Assembly (NCBI RefSeq): GCF_009914755.1
Contig: NC_060929.1
DNA: 64,000 bases
Strand: one strand, 5' to 3'
Source of the DNA: the human T2T-CHM13v2.0 reference genome, Homo sapiens
In this document: positions 13,235 through 25,640 of the stretch, piece after piece
How positions within the stretch are numbered: the stretch's first letter is position 1
Layout of the letters: every line of letters starts with the position of its first letter
Notes under the pieces: model-generated
Database searches by the model: none
Seen by the model: only the letters and a program-made list of their open reading frames with translations
What the model was told of the DNA's origin: nothing
Position numbers and translations under genes: made by a program

Positions 13235-13620
13235 TGTTTAGGATACATTTCTTGAGCACCTACTATGTGCCAGGTACTGGTAGGTGCCAGTAGTAGCAGT
13301 AATGAAAAGATCATTGTTAAGACCAGGTTTGAATCTTAGCTGTATGCTTCCTAGCTGTATGTCACTTTGCTTTTCTGAGCTTAAATTCTATCTATAAAAT
13401 GGCTGTACACTCAGCACACAGGGGTGCTGCAAAATGGCTTTGAAAATCATAAAGAGCCATGTGAGTACAAGGTGGCAGTATTGTAGCGTTTGAGCTACCT
13501 TCTCTCGGCATTATACAGTCAGACATTATGGTGTCACCTGGGATTCGCACAGTGCTTGACACATAGGGGTACTCAATAGCCACTTGTAGAAGGAAGGAAA
13601 GAGGTAAGAAGTGAGGAAGG
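13235..13620. mobile_element. L2/MIR/L2 fragments
   Basis: ttgagcacctactatgtgccagg (L2 minus), ggtttgaatcttagc...atctataaaatgg (MIR), gcacagtgcttgacacatagggg (L2 plus). Confidence 0.6.
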
Positions 13621-14939
13621 GAAGTCCAATGAGTAGGTCCTCAGCAGTTGCACTTCAGTTTCAGTTCTTCCAGAGCAAAGGTCCCTGATAAAGTGGTAAA
13701 CTATCTATGGTTAGGTGAGAGCTGCATTGTACTTGTGGTGATTCATTCTGGGTCAGGCTAAGCACTAACCCGCATTCTCTTGTCCACTGATCATTGATCC
13801 TTGAATGTGGACTTTGGTTCTGAGGTGAAATCTCCTCTGAAACATAAACATCTTACTTCCACTCTGCCATCTCACTGGTATGTTTGGGGGATCAAATTAG
13901 ATAGTAGATGTAATTGTGCCTTGAAAATTGTGAAGTATGATACAGAAAAGATATTTTCTTCTATTTTTATGCACAACTGCCTCACACTAAGTTTTCAACA
14001 AAGGGCTTAAAGGGAGGTCTCATATTTATTTTCATGGCTTGCTATGGTCGTGCTTTCTCATGAACTTGGGGAACTACTGTGGGAAGTTGAAAACAAGGTA
14101 TTTTTAAGTAAGAAAAAATAACTTTTTTGAACACCTTTAACAGGAATCCCACAATGAAAACAATAGGTGGTAAGAGAAGTGAGTAAGAATCTTGCTGTAC
14201 AATGGAGAGAAAGGAACTAATGATCAGCAGCTAGCAAGGAAGGCAGGAAGGAGAACTGGCAATGGATGGTCAGGAGTTCATGGTGGATGGTGGAACTGCT
14301 CAGAGAAAACATCTGCTGACGCAGCCACAGACTGATCTTCCCTGGGTGGAGGTGGCCTGGTCCACATGAGGTCCAGGATCTCCTCACTTTCTCCAGTGGT
14401 AGCAACTACTGATCAAGGACCTCTGCTTTGCTAACTACAAGCTGAAATATGCCCTAGTCCTGTGCGTGAGCCTCCACAGGAGGTTGCCCTTCAAATATCT
14501 ACGGGGGCCAGGCAAGGTGTATAAACAAGTGAAGTTTGCAGGAAAAATAAACAGGGAGTTCTGAGAACTGGGCAAACTGAAGAACACACGCGTGGGCTGC
14601 AGGCAACAGTGGATCCAGTTCATTAAAGTCATCTGGAATATGATCCAGTTTTTCTAGATCATCAACTTTTTAAGAAAAGGAAGAAATCTGTATCTGTAAA
14701 ATAAAACCTCCCAATCTTAAATGTTAGATATACTGTGTGGGACTGGCAAACTATCTCCCTGATTTATTTGTTTGCCATCTCTGGCGTAAATCCTGATATG
14801 CATCTCAAACATGCTTTTATTAATTTGTGTGAATTTCTCATAAGAACCATAAGCACAAGCCCTACGTATTCACCATCTCAGAGCACCCTGACCTCTTCCC
14901 TCTTAGAATAGTTACTGTACATCTGGTGGGGACGCAGGC

Positions 14940-15165
14940 AATACAGTACAGTGGTTATGAGCTTGGGGTCTAGAGTTAGATGCTCTGGACTCGAATCCCT
15001 GCTTTAGCTTTTCCCAGCTGTATGACCCTAAATCGGACATTTACAATTTCTTTCTTTTTTCCAGAAAAAATATTTATTGAGAGCAACCATCATACCAGCA
15101 CTGCCTTAGGTCTTCTGGGAATATGGTTGTGAACAAGTTAGGATGTCTGTTCTGGAGGGATTAAT
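14940..15165. mobile_element. MIR 5' half followed by L2 3' end (minus)
   Basis: acagtggttatgagcttgg...tcgaatccc...gctgtatgacc; aaatatttattgagagc. Confidence 0.65.
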
Positions 15166-15879
15166 AACATGACACATTCTGGATCATAATAACATAGCTT
15201 AATGGCACTGAAAATGAGCACATCAGAATAAACCGTAAATAACACCAACCACTAATGCTTACATTTAAAAGTAATAGCGGCATCTAAAATAACCTTTAAA
15301 ATAAAAAAAAAGTCATTTTCAACATGTACTCAGCTATGTTTTTTTTTCTTCAGACAATAGCAGGGATGACATATGTTAGAATATAAAATATATCAGTTTA
15401 GGCTTTTAGAACAGTCTTGCATCACTCCGTGCCATTTATTTTTTTGTCAGATGAGGATAATAGCACCTTCTCTACTGATTTTAATCCATTACTGTAAGCA
15501 TTGAATATTATTGACATTATAAAGAACAGCGCCCTTGCAAGATTTATTTTATGAGCAAAAATATATTTAAGATTTGCCTCTTTCTCTTAAAGTATAGCAA
15601 GATTGAAGAAATAACCAGTGCTATGTATTGCAGAGGCAGACAGAATCACTATTCTTCAGGGGCTCATCAGTTACAGTTAGTCTCTCTTGCATATTGCTTG
15701 CCAGGAACAAGGGGGTACCCAAAAAATCGCAAATTGATATGTGTAGAAGATGTTGACAGTGATCCATTGTTACCATAGGGTACAATGCACTCTGTGTTTT
15801 GATGCAGTGGTAGGAGTCAGCGATTCTCAGTTTTACTAGAGAAGATGGGAGCAATTGCTTTTTTATCCAGAACTTCACC

Positions 15880-16035
15880 TTTGTGAGTCCTGGGTTTCTA
15901 ATCTGACACAGAGCTAATTATCCTTCGTTCTTCAAAAGGGTTTTGTGAGGATTAAATGAAATATATATAAACTACTTGTGGCCATTCCTGGCACATAGCA
16001 AACACTGAATAAACATTAAATATTCTCATTGTTGT
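15880..16035 (+). mobile_element. MIR 3' half
   Basis: ttgtgaggattaaatgaa...cctggcacatagcaaacactgaataaac. Confidence 0.65.
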
Positions 16036-16254
16036 TAATAACAGTTAAATAGTTAGGTTTTCAAGCATTTTAGTTTAATCTCACTGTTATTCTCTTTTGA
16101 AGCAGCAGCTCTGAGACTTCCAGTTTATATCCCACAGAGTCCGGGGCCCAGCACAAGTCCTCAAATGCTGGATGATGACATTTGCACCACCACTGTCATC
16201 AGCATTATTATTACCACCTGTGTCTGTTACCGTCACCATCATCGTCACCACTAG

Positions 16255-16500
16255 AGCTATTGTTTACTGAGTACCATCATGTCCCAGTTCCTGTGTTGCT
16301 TCCATGTTTGTTCTGTTCATATTCTCACAGCAACCCTATGAATTTAGGAATTATTTCCTCCTTTCCCCACGTTACAAATGAGGACGATGAGGCTCTCAGG
16401 AATTAAACACCCAGCTCAAGGCCACCACTAAAGAACATCAGAGACAGAATTCAGACCCAGACCCGTCTGACCACAAAGGCTGAGCTATTTTCCTTACATC
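16255..16500 (-). mobile_element. MIR SINE
   Basis: tttactgagtacc...ctcacagcaaccctatga...ttacaaatgaggacgatgaggctc...gaattcagacccag. Confidence 0.8.
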
Positions 16501-17319
16501 ACGCTCCAGATCCATTTGGGAAATGGAGGTGGTGGGAGTTACAGATTATGCAACTGGTCTTGGATAGCTTGGCGTTCTGAGGTGCGTGTCCCTTTGCATT
16601 TTGGTACACTGCTATCATTTTGTCTCTTTCAGATGGCTGATAGCAGTTTATTTATAACTGAGAACTGACAGTTTGTTTATCCAAATAGCTCTTTGAAAGG
16701 TTCCAATTATGGTTCCGCCACATCTCTGAAGGCTAGTGGTGGAAAGGCAAAGTGATGCTATCTGTGCTGCCGGCTTAGGTACAAAACACAAGAAAATGCC
16801 ATTCTTTGAGAGGAGGCCCTGACTGGGGCAGACACGGCCATGTCCCGAGAGAGATCAGCACCAAGCAGACCTCCAGAATGGATGCTGACTACCTTCCAGT
16901 TCATGTCTTTAGTTGTAATTAATTCTCCTAGGCAGGTCCATGTGTCACAGATATAACTAGGAAGTCCTCTGTCTTGTGTGACTTCCAGAAGGTGGTTTCT
17001 TCCTAGCCTTGATTTACAACCTCAGCCATGTGGATATAGCTTCCTTTCTCACTCTGCCTACCATCAAAGCGAGATAGTTAATCCCCAGTGGCCTTTTAGT
17101 CCTCAGTCCTCCGTGATGGAGCAGCTCCTGTGAGCAAGACCCTATACTTAGCACCAGAGAGACACTAAAGAGAGATTCAGAAACTTCAACATGTTGGAGG
17201 AAGCAATGAGATCAAATTTGTAAATTTGTAAACTTGATATCTGGGTGCCCATTGTTCCAGCATGATTCTGTACTTTTGAGTGCCTCTGCATGGAAGTGAA
17301 AGAACTTACTCAGCAGAGG

Positions 17320-17605
17320 CAGCGTAGCATAGAGAGAAGCTTGTCAGACATCTTCTGTCACAAACTTGCTATGTAAGCTTGGGTTCACTGCTTCATCTTG
17401 AGTCAGATTTTCTGGATTCACTTCCCAGCCTTGCCACATATTGGCTGTGTGACTTGAGCAGGCTGGTTAATTCCTCTGTTTTTCAATTTTATTATCTGTA
17501 AAATGGGGATAACTTTCTCACATAACTGTTATGAGAATTAAAAAAGATAACGTATGTAAAGTGCACTGTGTGCCTGGCATATAGTGCCAAGTGTTAGCTG
17601 TAAAA
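17320..17605 (+). mobile_element. MIR SINE(s)
   Basis: gctgtgtgacttgagcag...atctgtaaaatggggataa...gtgcctggcatatag. Confidence 0.8.
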
Positions 17606-17644
17606 ATAATAATAAAAAAGAATAAATCTTACTAATATTATTAG

Positions 17645-18790
17645 TGTGTTTCAGGGCTCAGTGCTAATCTTGCTCTTTTATAGCTGTGCTCACTCTGTGA
17701 TGATCTCATCCTCTTATGACTTTAAATACCATCTCCAAATTTGTAGCTCAAGCATCAGCTCCTCTCCTGAGCTTCACACACGCACATGCATCTCCATATG
17801 TATCTATGTATGTATATGTACTTATATATTTTTTGCATAGACATTTAATGGACCTCTAAAGCTCTACAAGTCCCTAAGTTAACTCCTGTTTATCCCCCTA
17901 CTCCACCAAACCTCCTCCTCTCCCAAGCTCAGTAATGTCAGCTGCATCTCTCCTAATGTTCAGGTCAACAAGCTTGGCGTCACCCTTGACTCCTCTGTCT
18001 CACTGCCCTCTAGCTCCTCCATTGGCAGAGCTTGTCAGTTCTATGTTCACACATATCCAGAATCTGATGGCTTCTCACTACGCCACCACTTCCATGCTGG
18101 CCCCAGCCATTGTCCTCCCTCCCCAGGATGACTCCAACAGCCTCCTCCCTGGTCTCCCTTCTTTTCCCCTGGCCTCCCTTCAGTCTATTCTTGCACAGTG
18201 GCCAGACTGATCTTGTTAAAATATACATCAGATCATGTCACTGCTCTGCTCAGTACCCTGCAATGGCTTCCTATCACCCTGAAAATGAAATGCAGTGTTC
18301 CGCTAAGCCTGCAAGGCTCTTCATGCCTGGCCCACAGCTTGCCTGCTGCTTTCATCTCCTATCATCCCAACCCTCTCTCATTGAGCTCAGCACCAAGCAT
18401 GCTCCCCTTGGGGCCCTTCGCTTCCCAGCCCTTCAGGCTGGAATGTTCTTGCCCTGGAAGTTCACATGGCCAGTCCCTTATCTCCTTCAGGTCCCTGTTC
18501 AAATGTGCCAACCAGAGCAGTCTTTCATGTCTACCATATAAAGGATAAATTCCATCTCTTGCCCTCCTCTACTGTCTTATTTTGCCTTATTTTTTTAATA
18601 GCACACATTCCCTTCTTACCTAGCATATGTTTTTTGTTGTTGATGTTTATTGCCTCTCTAGAACATAAGCTCCATGAGAGCAGAATATTACTTTGTTCAC
18701 TGTTGCATTCTCATCATCAGAACAGTGCCTAGTACTTAGGAGGCAATCAAGCAAATATTGTCTTGTTATGAATGAAAGGAAGGAAGGAAG
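17645..18790 (+). mobile_element. L2 (L2a/b-like) 3' ~1.1 kb
   Basis: ctttaaataccatct, caccttgactcctct, cagatcatgtcactgctctgct, ctagaacataagctccatgagagcag, tgaatgaa tail. Confidence 0.88.
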
Positions 18791-19084
18791 AAGACTCATC
18801 ATGAGACTACTTTTTCCTATCTCTAAAGTACAGTGGCTGAGTTAGAGGCTTTGTAAAAGGTTCCTTCCAGCTTAAAAACTTTATGACTGTGAGGTCCACT
18901 GAATTCTCATGTATTGGATTCAGCTCATATCTCTTAGCAAGGCCAGTTCACTCAGAAGGCAAGAGTGCTTCTTCACAATAAATTAAGCCATTTACCACCC
19001 CCCCGCCAACACCAAAAATCTCATGAACAGAATTAGATTGGCTAAAAAGATCATCTTCAGCAAATTTCAGACCTGTTCACTCTT

Positions 19085-19570
19085 AACCCCAGCATTGGTT
19101 ATTTTTCATGCGCCCACTGCAAGCATCCATTCCCTGGGCCATCCACCCCCACTGCCTTTCTCTGTGCCTCAGGAGGCTGATCTGTGGACTGCTTTCCCTG
19201 GGCTCCTTCACCTGCCAACTTTGCTGGCTGGGTTTGGCCAATGGAAGCAGGAAATTCAGAGGAGGAAGAGAGGGGCCAGAGTGTTTTGTCCCTACTCCCT
19301 CTCTGTCTTTCCACTGCCATCTGGCCATGAGCTGTGAGCCTAGCTCCAGCCAGGCAGCCCTCGCTTCTCAGCTCCAGCTCCCACAGGGCTCCCACAACAC
19401 TCTTTCCTCCCCTTTCTTGTTAGCTTAAGGGGTGGAAATGTCTTCTGGCCGTTGCTGGCCCCTGAAGCTTCAACATTCCTCATTGGCTTCATTTACCCTA
19501 TTGATAATTCCTTCATTAAAGTCTCTTCAGTTAGACTCCATGCATGGAATTCTGTTTTCTGCCTACCAGG
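19085..19570 (+). mobile_element. ERVL LTR (LTR33/LTR16-like)
   Basis: ggctgggtttggccaatggaagcaggaaattcagaggagg...ttcattaaagtctcttcagt...ttctgttttctgcc. Confidence 0.65.
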
Positions 19571-19577
19571 ATATTTA

Positions 19578-19955
<378 letters not shown>

Positions 19956-21498
19956 CACACGCTATGGAAAAAGACATAAAATATGAAATATGTAGGGCTT
20001 TCTGAGTAAACACTTAAGACTATGTGTGTTGGCTATACATTTGTTTAGAGCTGGACTTAGAGATCTTTCACAATCTGGGGAGAAATCAGTAAGTCTTTTT
20101 CACTTGGTTCAATTCCCAGACCCATGAAACAAGGACTTCTTGGGGAAACTCATGGGTTGACACACAGTGGAAGTTCCGCTGATACATACTTTAGATTGGG
20201 GGTAGAAAAATCTGGCTGAGTATTATTTAATTTGAATATTCTCACTGCCCAAAGGAAATGCTGTACTCATCCTCTGTGTGGTACAGGTATGAAAATATCC
20301 CTCTGCATGCCTTTCTTGGAAGAAGAGTTTCAAATTCTTTTACTTTTTTCAGAATAGTTCTGCACATTCTTGAAGAAACAAGCCTTAAATCCAGAGAGCT
20401 GGGTGACAGGGCAGTGGCAGAGTGCCAGGAAACATATTATAATGTGTGCTAACCCTGTTTAAGAAAACAGATCATTTTAAACTTAAGCAGGTTACATAAA
20501 AAATGAAGTGAAGTATGACCAAGGGGCCCTTGCAGAGAGACTGTAAAATGAGACTTTAATACAAGCCAAAAAAAGAAAAAAAAAAGAAAAAGGAAAAGTG
20601 AAGGAAATAATACAAATACGTGGGGAGGGACAAAAGAGTTAAAGGAAAAGCCATGTTAGTAATAAAGTAAACTATTGTATTCCTTTACCTCTGTACTTTT
20701 GTTAGGGATAGAAACATATCACTGAAAAAAATATATACATTTAAAAATAAAAATTTTCAGCTAATTTGTGCTATCCAGCCATCACCACAATAAAGAATGA
20801 GCTAGACTTCCCCATATTGTGAAGGGCACTAAATTCACAAATGTGAAGTTGCAGATAGGAAAGGTTTTATAAACTGCAAGGTAGCAATGATTTGTGTGTG
20901 TTTATTTCACCTTTGTAGGATACTGAACATGTGCATTCTTCCAAGTATGAAGGATTTGAGTTCACTAAATAGTAAGCCCTCTCATTCCTAGTGGAGAGAG
21001 GAGAAAGGAGAGCAGAGGCTCAAAACTGGGATGAATGCCTGATGAAGGGAGAGTTGCTCTCCCAGCCAGATCCTTTGATTTGCCAGCTGCTGAGGCACCA
21101 ATCAGAGCTCTTAGCTGAAGCTCACAGGAGATCTGTGACTTAAGACCTGGCCAGGACATGCATACTTTCAATGGGGCCCTAAAAGAAGCCTGTATTCTGA
21201 GATGAACTCCTTATCTCCCTCTAGTTCCATAAGCAGGGCCATTTGAGAATCTTTCTGAATCTTCTGAATCTACTGTAGCTCACTAGGTCCCTTTTTTGCA
21301 AGATGGCCCCTATGCCTAGGACACTGCGCTAAGGGGTTTCCTCTCCCAGCAGTCTGGTAGTCCTTCTTTTACCAGCAAACAAAAGCCATGTGACATATTA
21401 TGTTTATTCTTTATTTTCTCTTATGAGTTAATATAATTCATCATGTTTCTCTTTTTGGCTCTGTGGACAGAAATCTTAGCAAATGTGGTAACATTCTT

Positions 21499-21521
21499 TG
21501 TGCGTGTGTGTGTGTGTGTGT
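21499..21521. repeat. (TG)n microsatellite
   Basis: tgtgcgtgtgtgtgtgtgtgtgt. Confidence 0.85.
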
Positions 21522-21588
21522 TTCAACAGCAAAATCTTTTCTTCAATGCAAAGCCTACACAGGAGTTTGATATATAAAAGAATTAACA

Positions 21589-21834
21589 GGCCAGGCGCGG
21601 TGGCTCACGCCTGTTATTCCAGCACTTTGGGAGGCTGAGGCGGGCAGATCACGAGGTCAGGAGCTCGAGACCAGTCTGGCCAATATGGTGAAACCTGGTC
21701 TCTGCTAAAAATACAAAAAATTAGCTGGGCATGGTAGACCCGAGATTGCGCCACCGCACTCCAGCCTGGGCGACAGAGCAAGACTCTGTCTCAAAAAAAA
21801 AAAAAAAAAAAAAAAAAAAGAAAAGAAAAAAAAA
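21589..21834 (+). mobile_element. AluS with ~80-bp right-arm deletion
   Basis: Left arm intact; gcatggt-agac-ccgagattgcg junction; long poly(A); TSD-like aattaaca / atctaaca. Confidence 0.92.
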
Positions 21835-21949
21835 TCTAACAAGGTGCTATTATGAGTGGCACAGAAACAGAAAAGTCTATAAGTTTGGCCCCTTCGTACT
21901 GTCCGTCTTCCTTGGTGGGCTCTAAGTCACCTCTAAGAATCCTCTTAAG

Positions 21950-22410
21950 GCAGGGAGGATTTCTCAAACAAACAAGACCCAGAAATCACACACCACAAAA
22001 GAAAAGATCGATACGTGTACTATGTTAAATCAGTTGCTATATTTTTAAAAAATGGCACCCTAAGTGAAATTAAATAAATAAACAATCAACTGGGAGAAGA
22101 TATTTGCAACTATTGTAACAACAATGAAATTTGTTTATGGATTATATAATGAATTGCAAATGAACCAGAAAAGACAAAACTTCCAATTTAAAAAAATGGA
22201 GAAAAGATATAAACAATTTCCAATAGTGGGAAAGTGACCAGTAAAGATATGAAAAAATGGTCAACCTAACTAGTAATTAGGAAAGTATAATTAAATGAAC
22301 AATTTTGGACATATCAGACAGGGAAATGTTTTAAAAGTCTGACCATACCTATGTGAGGATGTGGGGAAACTGACATGCTCCTGATGGGTTTGTGAACTGG
22401 TCAACATGTT
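21950..22410 (+). mobile_element. Old L1ME ORF2 3' fragment
   Basis: actgggagaagatatttgcaac, tcaacctaactagtaattagg, gtgaggatgtggggaaactg. Confidence 0.75.
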
Positions 22411-22524
22411 GGTTCCCATTTACAACACCCCACTTTCTGAAAGCCTTTCTGCAGGAATATGTGAGGTATATAAACAATAGAAAGCTACTTGGTAGCCCTT
22501 CATTTTCCTCATCATCAGCATACA

Positions 22525-23497
22525 CCCATTTTATTATCTCACAGTGCTGTAGACCAGAAGTCCAGGAGGCTGGGCTGCTTTCTCTGCTCTGAGGTGCACA
22601 GGTCAAAATCAAGATGTAGGCTGTATTAGTCTGTTCTCATGCTGCTAATAAAGATATACCTGAGACTGGGTAATTTATAAAGAAAAAGGTTTAATGGACT
22701 CACAGTTCCACCTGCCTGGGGAGGCCTCACCATCATGGCGGAAAGTAAAGACATGTCTTACATGGCCACAGGCAAGACAGAATGAGAGCCAAGCAAAAGG
22801 GGGAACCCCTTATAAAACCATCAGATCTTGTGAGACTTATTCACTACCATGAGAACAGTATGGGGGAAATGGCCCCCATGATTCAATTATCTCCTACCAG
22901 GTGCCTCCCAAAACACGTGGGAATTATGGGAGCTACAATTCAAGATGAGATTTGGGTGCACAGCCAAACCTCAACATATCTAGATGAACTCTTATTTTTT
23001 TCCCTCCCCTCATTCCCATCCCTATGAAACCTGTTATACCTTTACCTTAGCCATGTCTTCAGTCTCCCCAAGGTCTAGGGGGAATCTACTTTCAGGATCA
23101 TTCAGGTTGCTGGCAGAGTTCAGTTGCATGTGTATATGAGGCTTTGGTCTTGTTTTCTTGCTAGTTTTCTGGTCAGGGTTGTTCTTCACTTTCTGGGGCT
23201 TCCCGTATTCCTTGGCTCATTGCCCCTTCATTTCCAAAGCCAGCAATAGTAGGCCGAGTCCCTCTCATGCTTCGTGTCTTTCCTGCCTCTTCTGACTGAC
23301 TCTTCTGCCTCTTCTGCCTGCAAGGGCTTAGGTGATTACACTGGGCTCAATCCGATAATCCAGGATCATCTTCCCATCTCAAGGACTGTGACTTCAATCA
23401 CATCTGCAAAGACTCCTTTTGACATGTCAAGTAACATATTCATAGATTCCAGGAATAGGATGTAGACTTCCTTTGGGTGCTGTTACTTTCCCTACCA
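22525..23497 (-). mobile_element. MLT1 (D/E-like) MaLR LTR interrupted by THE1
   Basis: ttattatctcacagt...ccagaagtcc; ataatccaggatcatcttcccatctcaagg...cacatctgcaaagactcc...ttccaggaataggatgtagac. Confidence 0.8.
22622..22970 (-). mobile_element. THE1 MaLR solo LTR
   Basis: tgtattagtctgttctcatgctgctaataaag...caagatgagatttgggtg...cagccaaacc. Confidence 0.93.
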
Positions 23498-24079
23498 TGC
23501 CTCTTATTCAACTATTTTGGGAATAATAACAACACAACAAAAATGATTAAGATAATAAGGCCAGTGTCATAGGTGACAAAATGGAGGTCTAGTCAATCCT
23601 GGTTCCAAGATAAAAAATCAGGCAGCCTGACTCCAGAACCCACACTCTTAATGACGATACCACTGCAAAAATGCCTGGCCTGGAAATTCTAGATTTGTAG
23701 AGATGCCAGATTACTGTGTGGTTCTGATTCCCATTATCCCTTGTGAATTTTCCTGCAGTGCTCTAATATGGGAATGATGTTATGGGGAGTCTAGAGAGAC
23801 AGGGTTTGAAAGTTCTTTCCAGTTGAAGAGTAAATATGGATCTTTTTATTCACATATTAGTGACATAGTCATGCCTCTTTTGTATATGGATCTTATGATC
23901 TATACATATGAATTCCATGGCAGTGGCATGGATCTTATTATAGTGACAAAGTCATGTGTCTTATGTATGTCACATATACATGTATTATGGGATGTAGGTA
24001 GAATCAAATATAAAAGTAATCATCATAGAAAATACTCACGGTTTATAAAGTGAAAACAGTTTATTATAGCACAGAAATA

Positions 24080-25640
24080 AGTTAGTATTTATTGAGCACC
24101 TAGGAATTACCAGGCACCGCATTAGGCGCCTGGGGTATAAAGTGAATAAAACAGACCAAAAGAAAAAAAAAAAAACCCACAAGGGCTTACATTCTAGAGG
24201 CTGCTGGGAGACTGACAATAAGCAACACGTATTACGAATTAGTAATTATATAATAAGTTAGAAAGTGGTAAATGCTTTGGAAAAAATAGAACAGGATAAA
24301 GATCACCAGTGGTGGAGGGAGAGCAGATTTCAGTTTTAAGTGGGGTTCTCAGGTAGGATTCATTGAGAAGCTGACATTTAAGCGAAGATTTGCAGCAGGT
24401 AAGGGTTGTCATGCAGATATCTGGGGAATATTCCAGGCAAGGGGAATATTCCAGCCAAAGGCAATAATCCAGGCCAAAGGATATCCAGTGCAAAGGCCTC
24501 AAGGTAGGAACATGCCTGGTCTGCTTGAGGGGGAGCAAGAAGGTCAGGGTGGCTGCAGGGTAATGAAAGAGGGGAACACAGAAGGAGAGGAGTCAGAGAG
24601 TAATGAGAGTCAAATTATGTGGACCTTGGCTTTTACCCTGAGTGAGTCATTGGAGTTCCATGATCTGCTCATGTTTTATGTAGATTGGCGTGGCTGTTGT
24701 GTTGAGAACAGGCTACAGGGGCAAGAGTGGAAGCAGGTTGGCCTGTAATCCTGGTGAGGTCTGCATCAGGTAGTAATTACTGGAGAGGCTGGACTCTGGC
24801 TCTGTTTTCAAGATATGGATATGCTGATAGATTGGTTAGAGTCTTGAGCAAAAGAGAAGTTTCGGGTTCCATTCGCTGAGATGGCAAGGACTAAGGTAAA
24901 GGTATAACAGGTTTCATAAGGATGGGAATGAGGGGAGGGAAAAAAATAAGAGTTCATCTGGATATACTGAGTTTTAAAACATTTATTAGACATTCAAGTG
25001 GAGGTGTTAGGTTTGCCATTGGTTATGAGTCTGGGGTCCAGGAGAGAGGTCTGGGCTGGAGATAGAATCCTTGCAGTTGTCAACATAGGATTAAATTCAT
25101 GAGATGAATGAGGTCACCAGTGGAGTAAAATGAAGACTGATGGAGCTGCTGGGGCACTCCAGCTTTGCAGGGGAGAAGAGGAGGAACAGCAAAGGAGACT
25201 GGGAGGAGAGTGAGGGAGGGAGGAGGAAAACCAAGAGGGAATGCTGTCCTACGAATCGAAGTCAAAGTGAGAAGTGACCATTGAGTTTAGTAATCTGGAG
25301 GCACAGGTGACCCTTACCAGAGCATTTTTGCTGGGGAGGGGGAGTGGGGGAAATCTGGCTGGACTGGGCTGAAGATATCATGGGAGGGGAGGAACTGGAG
25401 TCTCTGAGTGCAGCTCTTAGTATTGTGAAGGAGAGCAGTGAAATGGGGAGTAGCTGTGGAGGATGTGGAGCTTTTTATTATTGTTATTTAAGATAGGAGA
25501 AATAGCATCATGCTTATTTGCTGATAAGAATGATCCGGGAAAGAGGGGAAAGTTCTGATAATGTAGGAGAAGGAGGCAGAATGCTGAAGTGTTGTCTTTG
25601 ATTGGCTAAAGGGAATTGGGTCAAGTGCACATAAGAGGAA
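24080..25640 (-). mobile_element. L2 3' ~1.5 kb
   Basis: tatttattgagcacct, cttacattctagagg, gcaaaggcctcaaggtaggaacatgcctgg, tagacattcaagtggag, gagaagtgaccattg. Confidence 0.88.

Noticed and set aside
17935-18732. Overlapping 90-143 aa ORFs
   Set aside because: They lie within a decayed L2 3' region, where C/T richness gives few stop codons
20340-20452. Acceptor ttttttcag followed by IVLHILEETSLKSRELGDRAVAECQETYYNVC
   Set aside because: No convincing donor and no recognised homology; consistent with chance
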